Of a DNA stretch of 64,000 nucleotides, positions 55,282 to 64,000 are shown one piece after another. Source of the DNA: Candidatus Fermentibacterota bacterium (GTDB lineage Bacteria > Fermentibacterota > Fermentibacteria > Fermentibacterales > JCC-6); contig JAUVIR010000002.1 in assembly GCA_030592645.1 (NCBI GenBank), forward strand, positions 8,065 to 72,064, given 5' to 3'. The notes under the pieces were generated by a model. The model had not been told where the DNA came from. It did no database searches and saw only the letters and a program-made list of their open reading frames with translations. Each line of letters starts with the position of its first letter. The first letter of the stretch is position 1. The position numbers were made by a program, and so were the translations under genes.

Positions 55282-56490
55282 TTATTTCGGGAAGTAGCCC
55301 CTTGACTGAACTTCGTCCTTTGGAACCCTGAGAACGGGTCTTATCAGAGGACCTTCATCTTTCGGACAGATGTTGATATCGAAACCGAAGATACTGCCTT
55401 TTCCCGGCTCACTGATAACGTAGACCCTTCCTCCATGCATGTCGACAATACGTTTGGCTATAGAAAGCCCAAGTCCGATTCCAGCGACTTTCTGACCCGA
55501 AACATCGTTGTTCTTGATCCTTACGAACTCCCTGAAGAGTTTCTTCTGATTATCCTCTGAGATACCGATACCGTTGTCTTCCACTTCCACAGACACCACG
55601 CACCTGCCCATGGTTCTGCTTCGGACTACGATACTGCCATTTTCCGGAGAGTATTTAATAGCGTTTGTGACGAGATTTGTAATCACCTCACGGAGGAGCC
55701 GTTCAACGCCTCCAACAGTAGGCAGATCAGCATCAAGGTCAGATGTCAGCTTGTGATATTTGTGATGCGCAAGATCCTGATTCGCCCGGACAACATCACT
55801 GATAAGTTCGTTAAGGTTGATCTCCTTCGCCTGTTTCTTCAGCTGAGTTGGATCCTCCAGCTGCGCGAAAAGCTGGAAATCGCGCAGAAATGATGCTGCT
55901 TCGTCCAGTCTTGCATGCATCCTGTCGATAAGATGTTCCTGTTTCACTGAGAGAGAATCTCCAAGAAGGGTCTGGAGACTATGAAGCAGCATGGTCGTAG
56001 CCGAAACCGGAGACTTCATGTCATGTATGGCGATGTGAAGGAATGCCTTCCTGAGCTTTGCGAATTCCCTGAGTGAAGAATTGGTTTTTCTGAGTCTCTC
56101 GCTCCGTTCACGCAGCGCTTTGTGTGTCTTCTTCAGTTCAATACTGAGCTCTCCAATAACCAGGGCTACAATAATGAAAGAGAGAACACGAAGTGTATTC
56201 GCCCAGAGGGGGCATCCGCATTGGGCAAGAAGGCTGAAGAAAAACACATCTACCCCGAGTATAACAGCCACGAAGATGGCTTTCCTGCCCCACCAGAAAC
56301 CGGCGAAAATAATGGGTATATAGGCGAAATGAGTGTATCCGATACCCTCGCTACGATCCAGATGGAAATATGCGGTGACTGCTGTAAAAGCAATCATAAG
56401 AACAGAAATGATAACGAATCTGTTAGCAGCGCTTGGGACGCTGTCCTGCATAATTCCAGGCTGCTTCAATCTAGTTTTACCTTCTGTCAT
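55282..56490 (-). CDS. Sensor histidine kinase (polytopic N-terminal membrane domain, HisKA, HATPase_c), no adjacent response regulator
   Basis: H-box (FLHIAIHDMKSP), N-box (NLVTNAIKYS), G-boxes (DNGIGI, GIGLGLSI). Confidence 0.8.
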   Translation of the reverse strand: MTEGKTRLKQPGIMQDSVPSAANRFVIISVLMIAFTAVTAYFHLDRSEGIGYTHFAYIPIIFAGFWWGRKAIFVAVILGVDVFFFSLLAQCGCPLWANTLRVLSFIIVALVIGELSIELKKTHKALRERSERLRKTNSSLREFAKLRKAFLHIAIHDMKSPVSATTMLLHSLQTLLGDSLSVKQEHLIDRMHARLDEAASFLRDFQLFAQLEDPTQLKKQAKEINLNELISDVVRANQDLAHHKYHKLTSDLDADLPTVGGVERLLREVITNLVTNAIKYSPENGSIVVRSRTMGRCVVSVEVEDNGIGISEDNQKKLFREFVRIKNNDVSGQKVAGIGLGLSIAKRIVDMHGGRVYVISEPGKGSIFGFDINICPKDEGPLIRPVLRVPKDEVQSRGYFPK

Positions 56491-56555
56491 TTCGTCGCTT
56501 TCCTGTATGAATTTTAAGTAAGATAAGATAGTCTGAAACAGGTATACTTGTCCAG

Positions 56556-57992
56556 TTAGTTAATTATCCACAGAGCAACCGAATCCTCGCCGCATATAAC
56601 GTTTCTATCACTTCTGTAACCCATTAGGAAATCGAGCGATTCTCCGGCTTCCAGAATGAGATTTGAATACTGTTCGGGGAACGCCAGCAGGTAATCCGAC
56701 CTCTCCTTTATCCATTGCCAGCCTTCTCTATAAGACCCTGGAAGTCTCTGCGAAGTAACAAGACCATCAAGGTCCAGGATTTCCATGCCGGTTATCCATT
56801 TTACAGCTCCGATATCGGCTGCTGCAACAGTTTGCCCGGTGGATACGATAGAGGATAAGTACTGTGCCGGCCTTACATCTATGGAGTATACATCGCCCGA
56901 AGCGTCCGCTCTCCTTCCGGCGAAGATAAAAAGACCCGGCAGCATGGAAACGGCAAGGATAAAAACGTTCAGTTTTCTTCTTCGGATCCCTCCAAGCCAG
57001 TGACTGGTAGCAAGAACTGCTGCAGTAAGGGCTGGTACGTAATACCGCATCTGAAAGAAACTATTCGGCTGAAGGTAAAGAGATGAAGCAAAAAGCAGCA
57101 GCGGGATAAGCGCAAGCGATACTTCAGACCGTCTTTTTACACTGCTCCTTAACAATCCTGCGATAGCGGCAACAGTCGTGAAAAGCAGAAGTGGGGATGT
57201 AAGGAGAAGTCCTTTGAGAAGGCCGGGCATACCTGAAGCTGCAGAAGTGAACCATGAGACCGGCTGCTTGGCGTAAAATGTGGAAGGGAGCGGTAGACCC
57301 ATGGAATGGATATTCCATAACAGCCAGAGAAGGCCGGCGATCAGAGATGGGGCCGCAAGGCGAAGTATATTTACACGAGTTCTCTCTTTAAGGGAGAGGC
57401 CAAGAGGTATGGCAAGCAGAGCAAGTTCGGGTCTGGCAAGGAATGCTCCCATAAGAATGAAGGATGTAACTGTAATTCCTGTTCCGTCCCGTGCGCATCT
57501 CCATACCGCTACTACAGCCAGACATGAGAGGGCAGTTTCCATTCCGCTTGCAGCATGGAAGAAGAACGGACCGGTCATAAGAAGAAGTATTCCTGCAAAG
57601 GGAGGAAGCATGAAGAGAGCTGTGCCTGCTGCCAGCAGAGAAAAAAGCATCAGTACAGCAGGAGCCCATCCGGTTCCGGCAAGAGAAGCAATTGCAGATG
57701 GAAGGAGCCATAGAGGGCTTGTGAATCCAGATGATGGTTCTGCATCGTTGAAACAGAGCGGTGCGGATGTGAAGAGACTTCTGCCGTAGACCAGATGAAT
57801 ATAGGTGTCATCCATGGGAGGGATGTGAACATTGTCCCCGATTATTATCAGTAGAATCACTCCACCGAGCAGTAGCAGCGGAACAGTGAAGTGAACGGAT
57901 TTCTTTCTTTTTACGGGCTTTTTCATACTGATTCTATCACCCTCATTCCGCTCATCGTCAAGGGCGGCAGGGTATCCTTTTGCAGTGGACAA
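56556..57992 (-). CDS. GT-C fold membrane glycosyltransferase (ArnT/PMT-like), paralogue of 45231-46832
   Basis: DDTYIHLVYGRSL acidic loop motif and GFTSPLW, shared with the 45231 ORF. About 12 transmembrane helices. 478 aa. Confidence 0.5.
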   Translation of the reverse strand: MSTAKGYPAALDDERNEGDRISMKKPVKRKKSVHFTVPLLLLGGVILLIIIGDNVHIPPMDDTYIHLVYGRSLFTSAPLCFNDAEPSSGFTSPLWLLPSAIASLAGTGWAPAVLMLFSLLAAGTALFMLPPFAGILLLMTGPFFFHAASGMETALSCLAVVAVWRCARDGTGITVTSFILMGAFLARPELALLAIPLGLSLKERTRVNILRLAAPSLIAGLLWLLWNIHSMGLPLPSTFYAKQPVSWFTSAASGMPGLLKGLLLTSPLLLFTTVAAIAGLLRSSVKRRSEVSLALIPLLLFASSLYLQPNSFFQMRYYVPALTAAVLATSHWLGGIRRRKLNVFILAVSMLPGLFIFAGRRADASGDVYSIDVRPAQYLSSIVSTGQTVAAADIGAVKWITGMEILDLDGLVTSQRLPGSYREGWQWIKERSDYLLAFPEQYSNLILEAGESLDFLMGYRSDRNVICGEDSVALWIIN

Positions 57993-58061
57993 AGACCCTC
58001 AATCGTGTTAAAATTATGGTATATGTGCAACTGATTACAGAACTACCCGGGAGACTGTTTA

Positions 58062-58433
58062 TTGAGAATTATCGGTGTTGGAATAGATATAGTTGACATC
58101 GGTATTTTCAAGAGCCGTCTTGATGATGGAATGATAGCAGAGCTGTTTCTTCCGGGGGAAATTGAATACTGTTCATCCAGGGCGCGTCCATGGGAGAGCT
58201 ATGCGGCCAGATTTTCCGCGAAGGAAGCATCCTTCAAAGCGCTTGGTGTCGGGTTATCTTCGGGACTGCGCTGGAAAAATGTCGAAATAATCAAAGAGGA
58301 GTCCGGTGCAGTATCCGTGAAGCTAAGCGGGAAAGCGCTGGAACAGGCAGGGAATTTAAAGGTAAAGCAGATACGTCTTTCCATCAGTCATTCCGGTGAA
58401 AGCGCCATAGCTGTTGTCACTATGGAGGGCTGA
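58062..58433 (+). CDS. acpS: Holo-[acyl-carrier-protein] synthase (TTG start)
   Basis: IGVGIDIVDI N-terminal motif and FSAKEA...K ACPS family core. 123 aa. Confidence 0.75.
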   Translation: MRIIGVGIDIVDIGIFKSRLDDGMIAELFLPGEIEYCSSRARPWESYAARFSAKEASFKALGVGLSSGLRWKNVEIIKEESGAVSVKLSGKALEQAGNLKVKQIRLSISHSGESAIAVVTMEG

Positions 58434-58462
58434 AGGAGAATCGAAGGATTGGAGGAGTCAAC

Positions 58463-60211
58463 TTGAGTAATATCGGGTCTTACAACGATGGAATGAAGGA
58501 TTTCAACTGGGATATAGCAAAGGATATTCTTGACTGGAAGGAAGGAGAAATCCTCAACATTGGAGCCATCTGCTCGGACAGGATCTGCAGCAGAGGTGAT
58601 GGGAATAAAACAGCCCTTATATGGGAAGGTTTCGGTGATAAGAGCGCCAGGTATACTTTCGACGATCTAAGAGTTTACTCGAACGGATTCGCTGATTTTC
58701 TAAGCAAGCAGGGTATTCAGCCTGGTGACAGGGTCTGTATTTTTATGGATAAGATCCCGAGTCTCTATTTCTCTTTCCTCGGCATTCTCAAACTTGGCGC
58801 AATCGCGCAGCCGCTTTTCTCAGCATTTGGTGATGAGTCTCTGGAAGTGAGGCTTGCCAGTGCGGGAACCAGGGCGATTATCACAACTCGCAAGCATGCC
58901 CGGAAAGTCCGGAAGATCAAGGACAGGTTGCCGGATCTGGAGAAGATCATAGTTGTAGAGGGAAACCCTGAAAAGCTGAAGGAAGGGGAGATATTCTTCG
59001 ATGTGGAGAAGAGCCCCAGAGTTGAGAAATTCGATGTCTACCATTCCACGCCGGAAACCCCTTCTGTTCTTCATTACACCTCCGGGACAACAGGTCAGCC
59101 TAAGGGTGCCCTTCATGTTCACAATTCCATCTGGGGCCAGGCACTTACAACCAGCTGGGTTCTTGATCTGCAGGATGATGATATATACTGGTGTACAGCG
59201 GATCCCGGATGGGTTACCGGAACAAGCTACGGTATTATCGGACCTTGGGCACTGGGCGCAACACAATGTGTTCTGGATTCAGGCTTCACATCTTCAAGAT
59301 GGTATAAGTTCATTCAGGATAACCGGATAACCGTGTGGTATTCAGCCCCTACAGCTATCAGGGCATTGATGAAGGATGGTAATGAGTTAGTCAGTTCCTT
59401 TGATCTTTTATCGCTTCGGCACCTTGCTTCAGTTGGCGAGCCGCTGAATGCAGAGGCGGTTATATGGAGCGGGGAAGTATTCAGAGGGCTCAAATTCCAC
59501 GATACTTTCTGGCAGACGGAAACCGGTGCCATGATGATTACGAACTTCCCTGGAATGGAAATACGACCTGGTTCAATGGGCAAGCCTTTTCCAGGGATAA
59601 AGGCCGCTGTCCTTGACCTTGATACTCACGAACCCCTGGATGAGTCCGGAAAGGTAGGGCTGATAGCTTTCCGTCCCGGATGGCCGTCGATGTTCAGGCA
59701 GTACTGGAAGCAGCTTGATACTTACAGGAGCAAGTTCGTTGGAGCTGCTGAGAATGCCATGCCTGATGAACTCAGGACCAATCCCGATCTCTGGTACGTC
59801 TCTGGAGATAGAGCAAGCATCGATAAGGATGGATACTACTGGTTCGTGGGCAGGGACGATGATGTAATAAACACAGGAGGACATCTCGTGGGGCCCTTCG
59901 AAATCGAATCAGCTCTTGTCGAGCATGAAGCCATTGCAGAGGCTGCTGCGGTTGGCAAACCGGACAAAGTTAATATGGAAGTTGTGAAGGCATTCGTTAC
60001 ATTGAAACCGGGTTACGAGCCTTCTGATGAACTTGAGCTGGATATCATGAACTTCATAAGGAAAAGGCTTTCTCCGCTGGCGATGCCTCAGGAGATTGAG
60101 TATCGTGATAAACTGCCGAAAACACGTTCGGGCAAGATCGTCAGAAGATATCTCAGAGCAATTGAATGGGGAGAAGAGGTTGGCGATATGTCATCCTTTT
60201 CCGACGAATAG
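58463..60211 (+). CDS. AMP-forming acetyl-CoA synthetase-like ligase (short ACS family form; TTG start)
   Basis: YTSGTTGQPKG AMP-binding motif. C-terminal region (WYVSGD...DGYYWFVGRDDDVIN..GH, LPKTRSGKIVRR) closely parallels E. coli Acs. 582 aa. Confidence 0.8.
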   Translation: MSNIGSYNDGMKDFNWDIAKDILDWKEGEILNIGAICSDRICSRGDGNKTALIWEGFGDKSARYTFDDLRVYSNGFADFLSKQGIQPGDRVCIFMDKIPSLYFSFLGILKLGAIAQPLFSAFGDESLEVRLASAGTRAIITTRKHARKVRKIKDRLPDLEKIIVVEGNPEKLKEGEIFFDVEKSPRVEKFDVYHSTPETPSVLHYTSGTTGQPKGALHVHNSIWGQALTTSWVLDLQDDDIYWCTADPGWVTGTSYGIIGPWALGATQCVLDSGFTSSRWYKFIQDNRITVWYSAPTAIRALMKDGNELVSSFDLLSLRHLASVGEPLNAEAVIWSGEVFRGLKFHDTFWQTETGAMMITNFPGMEIRPGSMGKPFPGIKAAVLDLDTHEPLDESGKVGLIAFRPGWPSMFRQYWKQLDTYRSKFVGAAENAMPDELRTNPDLWYVSGDRASIDKDGYYWFVGRDDDVINTGGHLVGPFEIESALVEHEAIAEAAAVGKPDKVNMEVVKAFVTLKPGYEPSDELELDIMNFIRKRLSPLAMPQEIEYRDKLPKTRSGKIVRRYLRAIEWGEEVGDMSSFSDE

Positions 60212-60231
60212 GTAACAGAAAGGAGCTGAAC

Positions 60232-60480
60232 ATGGATGAGATGAAGAAAACCGTACTGGAGTACATAGCCGATGAGTACCTTGATGAGGATGATGAGGAC
60301 GAAGTTTCCTATGATTCTCCTCTGATCTCTTCTGGAATCGTAGACAGTTTCTCAATGGTATCCCTGAAAAGATTCCTTGAGACAAAGTACAGCATTAAAC
60401 TCTCCGATGAAGAAGCTACGCCGGAAGCTTTTGATACAGTGAACTCAATCTGCACTCTGGTTAACAAACATCTGGGATAA
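60232..60480 (+). CDS. Acyl/peptidyl carrier protein-like (PP-binding) small acidic protein
   Basis: 83 aa. Conserved-serine context LISSGIVDSFSMVSL (DS motif of phosphopantetheine attachment). Very acidic N-terminus. Confidence 0.55.
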   Translation: MDEMKKTVLEYIADEYLDEDDEDEVSYDSPLISSGIVDSFSMVSLKRFLETKYSIKLSDEEATPEAFDTVNSICTLVNKHLG

Positions 60481-60496
60481 ACGGAGGTAGGATCGT

Positions 60497-61744
60497 ATGG
60501 CGTTTTCAGATAGTACTAGAGGCCTGTTTACAGATGAGATAGAAAAAATCAAGGAAGACGGTCTCTTCAAAGAAAAAAGATTCATCTGCTCCGAGCAGGA
60601 CGCGGAAATTGAAGTGGAGTATCCCGAGGGCGCGCCCCATGCGAAAGTCCTTAATTTCTGCGCGAATAATTATCTGGGGCTCTCAAGTCACCCTGATGTG
60701 ATAAAAGCGGCCCACGAAGGTCTTGATACCCGGGGTTACGGAATGAGTTCAGTCCGGTTCATCTGCGGTACACAGGACATTCACAGGGAATTGCAGGATA
60801 AAGTGTCTGTCTTTCTGGGTATGGAAGATACACTTCTGTTCCCCTCCTGCATGGATGCCAATTCCGGTGTTTTCGAGGCGATACTGGGGCAGGAGGATGT
60901 GATCATAGCCGACAGGCTCATCCACGCCTCCCTTGTGGACGGTATACGTCTCTGTTCTGCAGAGTATGATACTTTCAAGCACATGAACATGAAACATCTG
61001 AAGAAAAAACTCGAGCTTCACCAGGACAAGAGAACCAGGCTGGTGGTAACCGATGGCGTATTCTCTATGGATGGCGATCTGGCACCACTGGATGAAATGG
61101 TAGATCTCTGCAATCAGTACGATGCAATGCTGCTGGTGGATGATTCCCATGCTTCAGGTTTTATAGGTAAGACCGGCAGGGGAACCCATGAGCATTTTGG
61201 CGTTATCGACGGTATTGATATCATCACAACTACTTTCGGAAAGGGACTGGGAGGAGCTTCCGGCGGTTGCGTATCCGGCAGGAGTGAACTTATTGAACTC
61301 TGCCGCCAGAAGGCCAGGCCATACCTTTTCAGTAATTCCCTTGCACCTCCTATTGTCAACGGATCCATAAAAGTCATTGATCTAATCTCAAGTTCAACGG
61401 AGCGTCGGGATAAGCTTGAATGGAATACGAAGTACTTCCGTGATAAGATGGAGCAAGCCGGGCTCGATATGCGTCCAGGCGAGACACCGATCGTTCCTGT
61501 CATGTTGTACAATGCAAAGCTGGCTAACGATATGGCCAGGGATATGTATGCTGAGGGAATTTATGTTATCGGGTTCTGTTTCCCGGTTGTCCCTGCTGGA
61601 AAAGCCAGAATACGTGTGCAGCTTTCAGCCGCTCATGAGAAGGAACACCTTGATAAGTGTGTCGGGGCTTTCAGGAAGATCGGCAAAAAATATGGAATAC
61701 TTGGTCTTGGCAAGAACGAGATAATCGAGAAATACGGAAGATAG
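60497..61744 (+). CDS. kbl: Glycine C-acetyltransferase / 2-amino-3-ketobutyrate CoA ligase (alpha-oxoamine synthase family)
   Basis: Long collinear identity with E. coli Kbl (VLNFCANNYLGL, VRFICGTQD, DDSHA.GF.G..GRG.HE, RPYLFSNSLAP, IPVML). PLP lysine context TFGKGLGG. Confidence 0.85.
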   Translation: MAFSDSTRGLFTDEIEKIKEDGLFKEKRFICSEQDAEIEVEYPEGAPHAKVLNFCANNYLGLSSHPDVIKAAHEGLDTRGYGMSSVRFICGTQDIHRELQDKVSVFLGMEDTLLFPSCMDANSGVFEAILGQEDVIIADRLIHASLVDGIRLCSAEYDTFKHMNMKHLKKKLELHQDKRTRLVVTDGVFSMDGDLAPLDEMVDLCNQYDAMLLVDDSHASGFIGKTGRGTHEHFGVIDGIDIITTTFGKGLGGASGGCVSGRSELIELCRQKARPYLFSNSLAPPIVNGSIKVIDLISSSTERRDKLEWNTKYFRDKMEQAGLDMRPGETPIVPVMLYNAKLANDMARDMYAEGIYVIGFCFPVVPAGKARIRVQLSAAHEKEHLDKCVGAFRKIGKKYGILGLGKNEIIEKYGR

Positions 61745-61754
61745 TCAAAACCGG

Positions 61755-61790
61755 AAGGGGACCCGCAGGAGTTGCGTGTCCCCTTTTAAT
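61755..61790 (+). terminator. Rho-independent terminator downstream of kbl
   Basis: AAGGGGAC...GTCCCCTT stem with internal CGCA/TGCG pairing, followed by TTAATT. Confidence 0.5.
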
Positions 61791-61814
61791 TAAAGCTTTC
61801 AATGTATAAGAATC

Positions 61815-61843
61815 GTTGACATGGCGCATCCATAGTGCTATCG
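61815..61843 (+). promoter_or_regulatory. Putative promoter (TTGACA-N17-TATCGT) for yjcH-actP
   Basis: Consensus -35 hexamer read directly. Weak -10. Confidence 0.2.
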
Positions 61844-61921
61844 TGCAGCCTTATATATATGACCGGCAGGGACCCCCCGATCGCCGAATTTTCGATAAAC
61901 ATACCTGAACAGGAGTGCATT

Positions 61922-62224
61922 ATGGACCATGGACCTGCCGTAGAATACCATGAGTGCGAAGAACTATTGAAGTACAAACAGAAGGCAGGCTTACGTCTCT
62001 TCTTTATTTACTCGGGCATATACGGTGTATTTGTGCTCCTTAACACCGTTTTCCCGAGTATGATGGAGTCCGTCATATTCTTCGGTCTTAACCTCGCAAT
62101 AGTCTACGGGATAGGTCTGATACTCATCGCTATCATCCTCGGGCTGCTATATAACCATCAGTGCACTAAAATGGAGAAGCGTCTCGACACCAGCAGTAGT
62201 AAGTCCCAGGGAGTCTCCGAATGA
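61922..62224 (+). CDS. yjcH: DUF485 small inner-membrane protein (YjcH-like), partner of ActP
   Basis: About 100 aa, two transmembrane helices. LKYKQKAGLRLFFIYSGIYGVFVLL resembles the YjcH family. Stop overlaps the actP start (ATGA). Confidence 0.6.
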   Translation: MDHGPAVEYHECEELLKYKQKAGLRLFFIYSGIYGVFVLLNTVFPSMMESVIFFGLNLAIVYGIGLILIAIILGLLYNHQCTKMEKRLDTSSSKSQGVSE

Positions 62225-64000
62225 TATACACTGCATCGCCTCTCGCTGTCGGGATCTTTTTCGCGGTCGTAGCCACAGTTCTGGGCATCTCCTTCTACTT
62301 CGGCAGGAAAACTACATCTGCCAAGGGATACTTCGCTGCAGGCGGAACGATCCACTGGTCCGTGAACGGTATCGCTTTCGCGGGTGACTATCTATCCGCT
62401 GCTTCCTTCCTCGGAATCTGCGGCATGATAGCTTTCTCCGGTTTCGACGGTTTCCTCTACTCAATCGGCTACCTGGCTGGGTGGGTTGTGGCTCTTTTTG
62501 TTGTTGCAGAGCCACTGAAGCGCCTGGGCAAGTTCACTTTCGCCGATGCCCTGGACTCCAAGTTCAACTCCAAAGGCATCCGTCTGATGGCAGCAATCAG
62601 CACTCTCGTCGTGTCAATCTTCTACCTTATACCCCAGATGGTCGGCGCGGGTGCCCTGGTTACACCTCTTCTTGGGCTTCCTCACTGGGTGGGCGTAACT
62701 CTTGTGGGCGGAATAGTTATCTTCATAGTGACCACAGCAGGTATGAAGTCCACTACATACGTACAGTTCCTGAAGGGGGGACTCCTTATAGTTTTCTCCA
62801 TCATCCTTGTTTTTATGGTTGTCGACAGGGGTGTTCAGGACGTACCTTACGAGGGATACCATGACTTCATTACCCTGGAGGCGGAACTGACCGAAGGCTC
62901 CGTTACATCCGTGAGTGATCCGGCCTATACCGTTGCGGGTGAATACACGGAGAACGGTCTCCATTTCGTGAAGCTTCAGAGGGACGGCATCAACAACTGG
63001 TGGAACCTCGAATCCGGCACAGGTACCCTTACCGAAGCTCTCACCATAGTTACTCTGGACGATGGATCAGTGCTTTTCAACGGTGCCCCCAGGGAGGACC
63101 AGCTGTTTTATTCCGTGGGCAACATGCACAGGATCATGGTCGATGGTGAACAGGTTGAAGAGGTCCACGGTCTCAATGTCATAAGCTTCCTGGCTGTAAT
63201 CCAGGAGAGCGAGGTTGTCAGGTTCGTGGCCGATGTCTTTACATCCGGTGACGAGAAGGTTCGCATATGGTATCAGAAAGTCACCCCCGGCAACGAGATA
63301 CTCAGCCCCGGTCTCAAGTTCCACATAGATGAGGGCTCCAGTTTCGCAGACAAGATGAATTTTATCTCCCTTATGCTGGCACTTTTCTTCGGGACCGCAG
63401 CCCTGCCTCATGTACTCATCAGATACTACACTGTTCCTACTCCGGCCGCCGCAAGGAAGTCTACTATTGTCGCTATAGCGGCTATAGGATTCTTCTACAT
63501 TCTTACCCTTTACATGGGGCTGGGGGCAATGATAAGCGGGGTTCTGGACGTGGAGAGCTCCAATATGTCCGCTCCGCTTCTTGCACAGTCGTTCGGCACC
63601 CTCATGTTCGCTATTATATCCGCCATCGCTTTCGCGACAGTACTCGGGACCGTCAGCGGTCTCATCGTTGCATCTTCGGGTGCTGTAGCCCATGACTTCA
63701 TAGACAATTTCCTTGGCAGGAAGCTCACCGATCACAAGAAGGTCGTTGCCGGCAAACTTGCTGCCGTAGGAACCGGCATTATCGCCATCCTGCTCGGAAT
63801 TGCTTTCAAGGGCATGAACGTGGCTTTCCTGGTGGGGCTCGCCTTCGCTATTGCAGCTTCCGCTAATCTGCCATCAATACTGATGGTACTTTTCTGGAAG
63901 AAGACCACTGCAAAAGGCATTGCAGCCTCAATAACCACTGGTATCATCTCGGCGCTCGGCATCATCATGCTTTCACCGAGTATGTACACCAGATACGGGC
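62221..64000 (+). CDS. actP: Cation/acetate symporter ActP (sodium:solute symporter family), 3'-partial at window end. Not present in the supplied ORF track.
   Basis: Manual translation from the ATG at 62221 gives AAGGTIHWSVNGIAFAGDYLSAASFLGI, KRLGKFTFADA, ALPHVLIRYYTV, VGLAFAIAAS. All are collinear with E. coli ActP. The frame stays open to base 64000. Confidence 0.85.
   Translation, partial: MIYTASPLAVGIFFAVVATVLGISFYFGRKTTSAKGYFAAGGTIHWSVNGIAFAGDYLSAASFLGICGMIAFSGFDGFLYSIGYLAGWVVALFVVAEPLKRLGKFTFADALDSKFNSKGIRLMAAISTLVVSIFYLIPQMVGAGALVTPLLGLPHWVGVTLVGGIVIFIVTTAGMKSTTYVQFLKGGLLIVFSIILVFMVVDRGVQDVPYEGYHDFITLEAELTEGSVTSVSDPAYTVAGEYTENGLHFVKLQRDGINNWWNLESGTGTLTEALTIVTLDDGSVLFNGAPREDQLFYSVGNMHRIMVDGEQVEEVHGLNVISFLAVIQESEVVRFVADVFTSGDEKVRIWYQKVTPGNEILSPGLKFHIDEGSSFADKMNFISLMLALFFGTAALPHVLIRYYTVPTPAAARKSTIVAIAAIGFFYILTLYMGLGAMISGVLDVESSNMSAPLLAQSFGTLMFAIISAIAFATVLGTVSGLIVASSGAVAHDFIDNFLGRKLTDHKKVVAGKLAAVGTGIIAILLGIAFKGMNVAFLVGLAFAIAASANLPSILMVLFWKKTTAKGIAASITTGIISALGIIMLSPSMYTRYG

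Noticed and set aside
62481-62864. 127-aa plus-strand ORF (MGCGSFCCCRATE...) and several minus ORFs in 62158-63989
   Set aside because: They are out of frame with, or antisense to, the actP reading frame that starts at 62221 and stays open to the window end. The actP translation matches ActP motifs throughout.

Overview
This 64-kb window is a densely packed, mostly plus-strand bacterial chromosomal segment with about 50% GC. FlgD-Ig/T9SS-type C-terminal sorting domains, frequent TTG/GTG starts, and syntenic dnaG-rpoD and acs-yjcH-actP blocks point to an uncultivated anaerobe, possibly of the FCB superphylum. The layout, left to right: an amidohydrolase-family gene and NAD/CoA cofactor genes (nadC, coaX, a standalone coaC, an mtnA-like gene); dnaK-dnaJ with no grpE; overlapping mutS2-dnaG-rpoD fused directly to a BtuF/FecBCD-type ABC importer; ppiD-like, holA-like and asd genes; then a cell-wall remodeling block (an LysM lytic transglycosylase, a 1225-aa helical protein of unknown function, a CpoB-like coiled-coil/TPR protein, and an Slt70-like transglycosylase). 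Next comes an antisense TolB-like beta-propeller gene bracketed by two members of a family of 26-27-bp perfect palindromes with a conserved GGGGCCGG(G/A)C base. The largest element is a roughly 12.4-kb operon for a membrane-bound group-4 [NiFe] hydrogenase of the Mrp-Mbh type: AsrA/AsrB-like subunits, a 4-cluster ferredoxin, NuoH/B/C/D-like core subunits with intact NiFe ligand motifs, a full MrpA-G module, a NuoI-like subunit and the HycI protease, with a third palindrome just before hycI. After it lie GT-C membrane glycosyltransferase paralogs (one split by a single in-frame TAG), a ParE/Phd toxin-antitoxin pair next to a T9SS-domain gene remnant, hypBA and hypFCDE maturation genes, an orphan sensor kinase, and finally acpS - acetyl-CoA synthetase-like ligase - carrier protein - kbl - yjcH - actP, the last running off the window end. 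No rRNA, tRNA, CRISPR or recognizable IS/transposase was found. Functional calls rest on conserved motifs I recognise by eye, not database searches.
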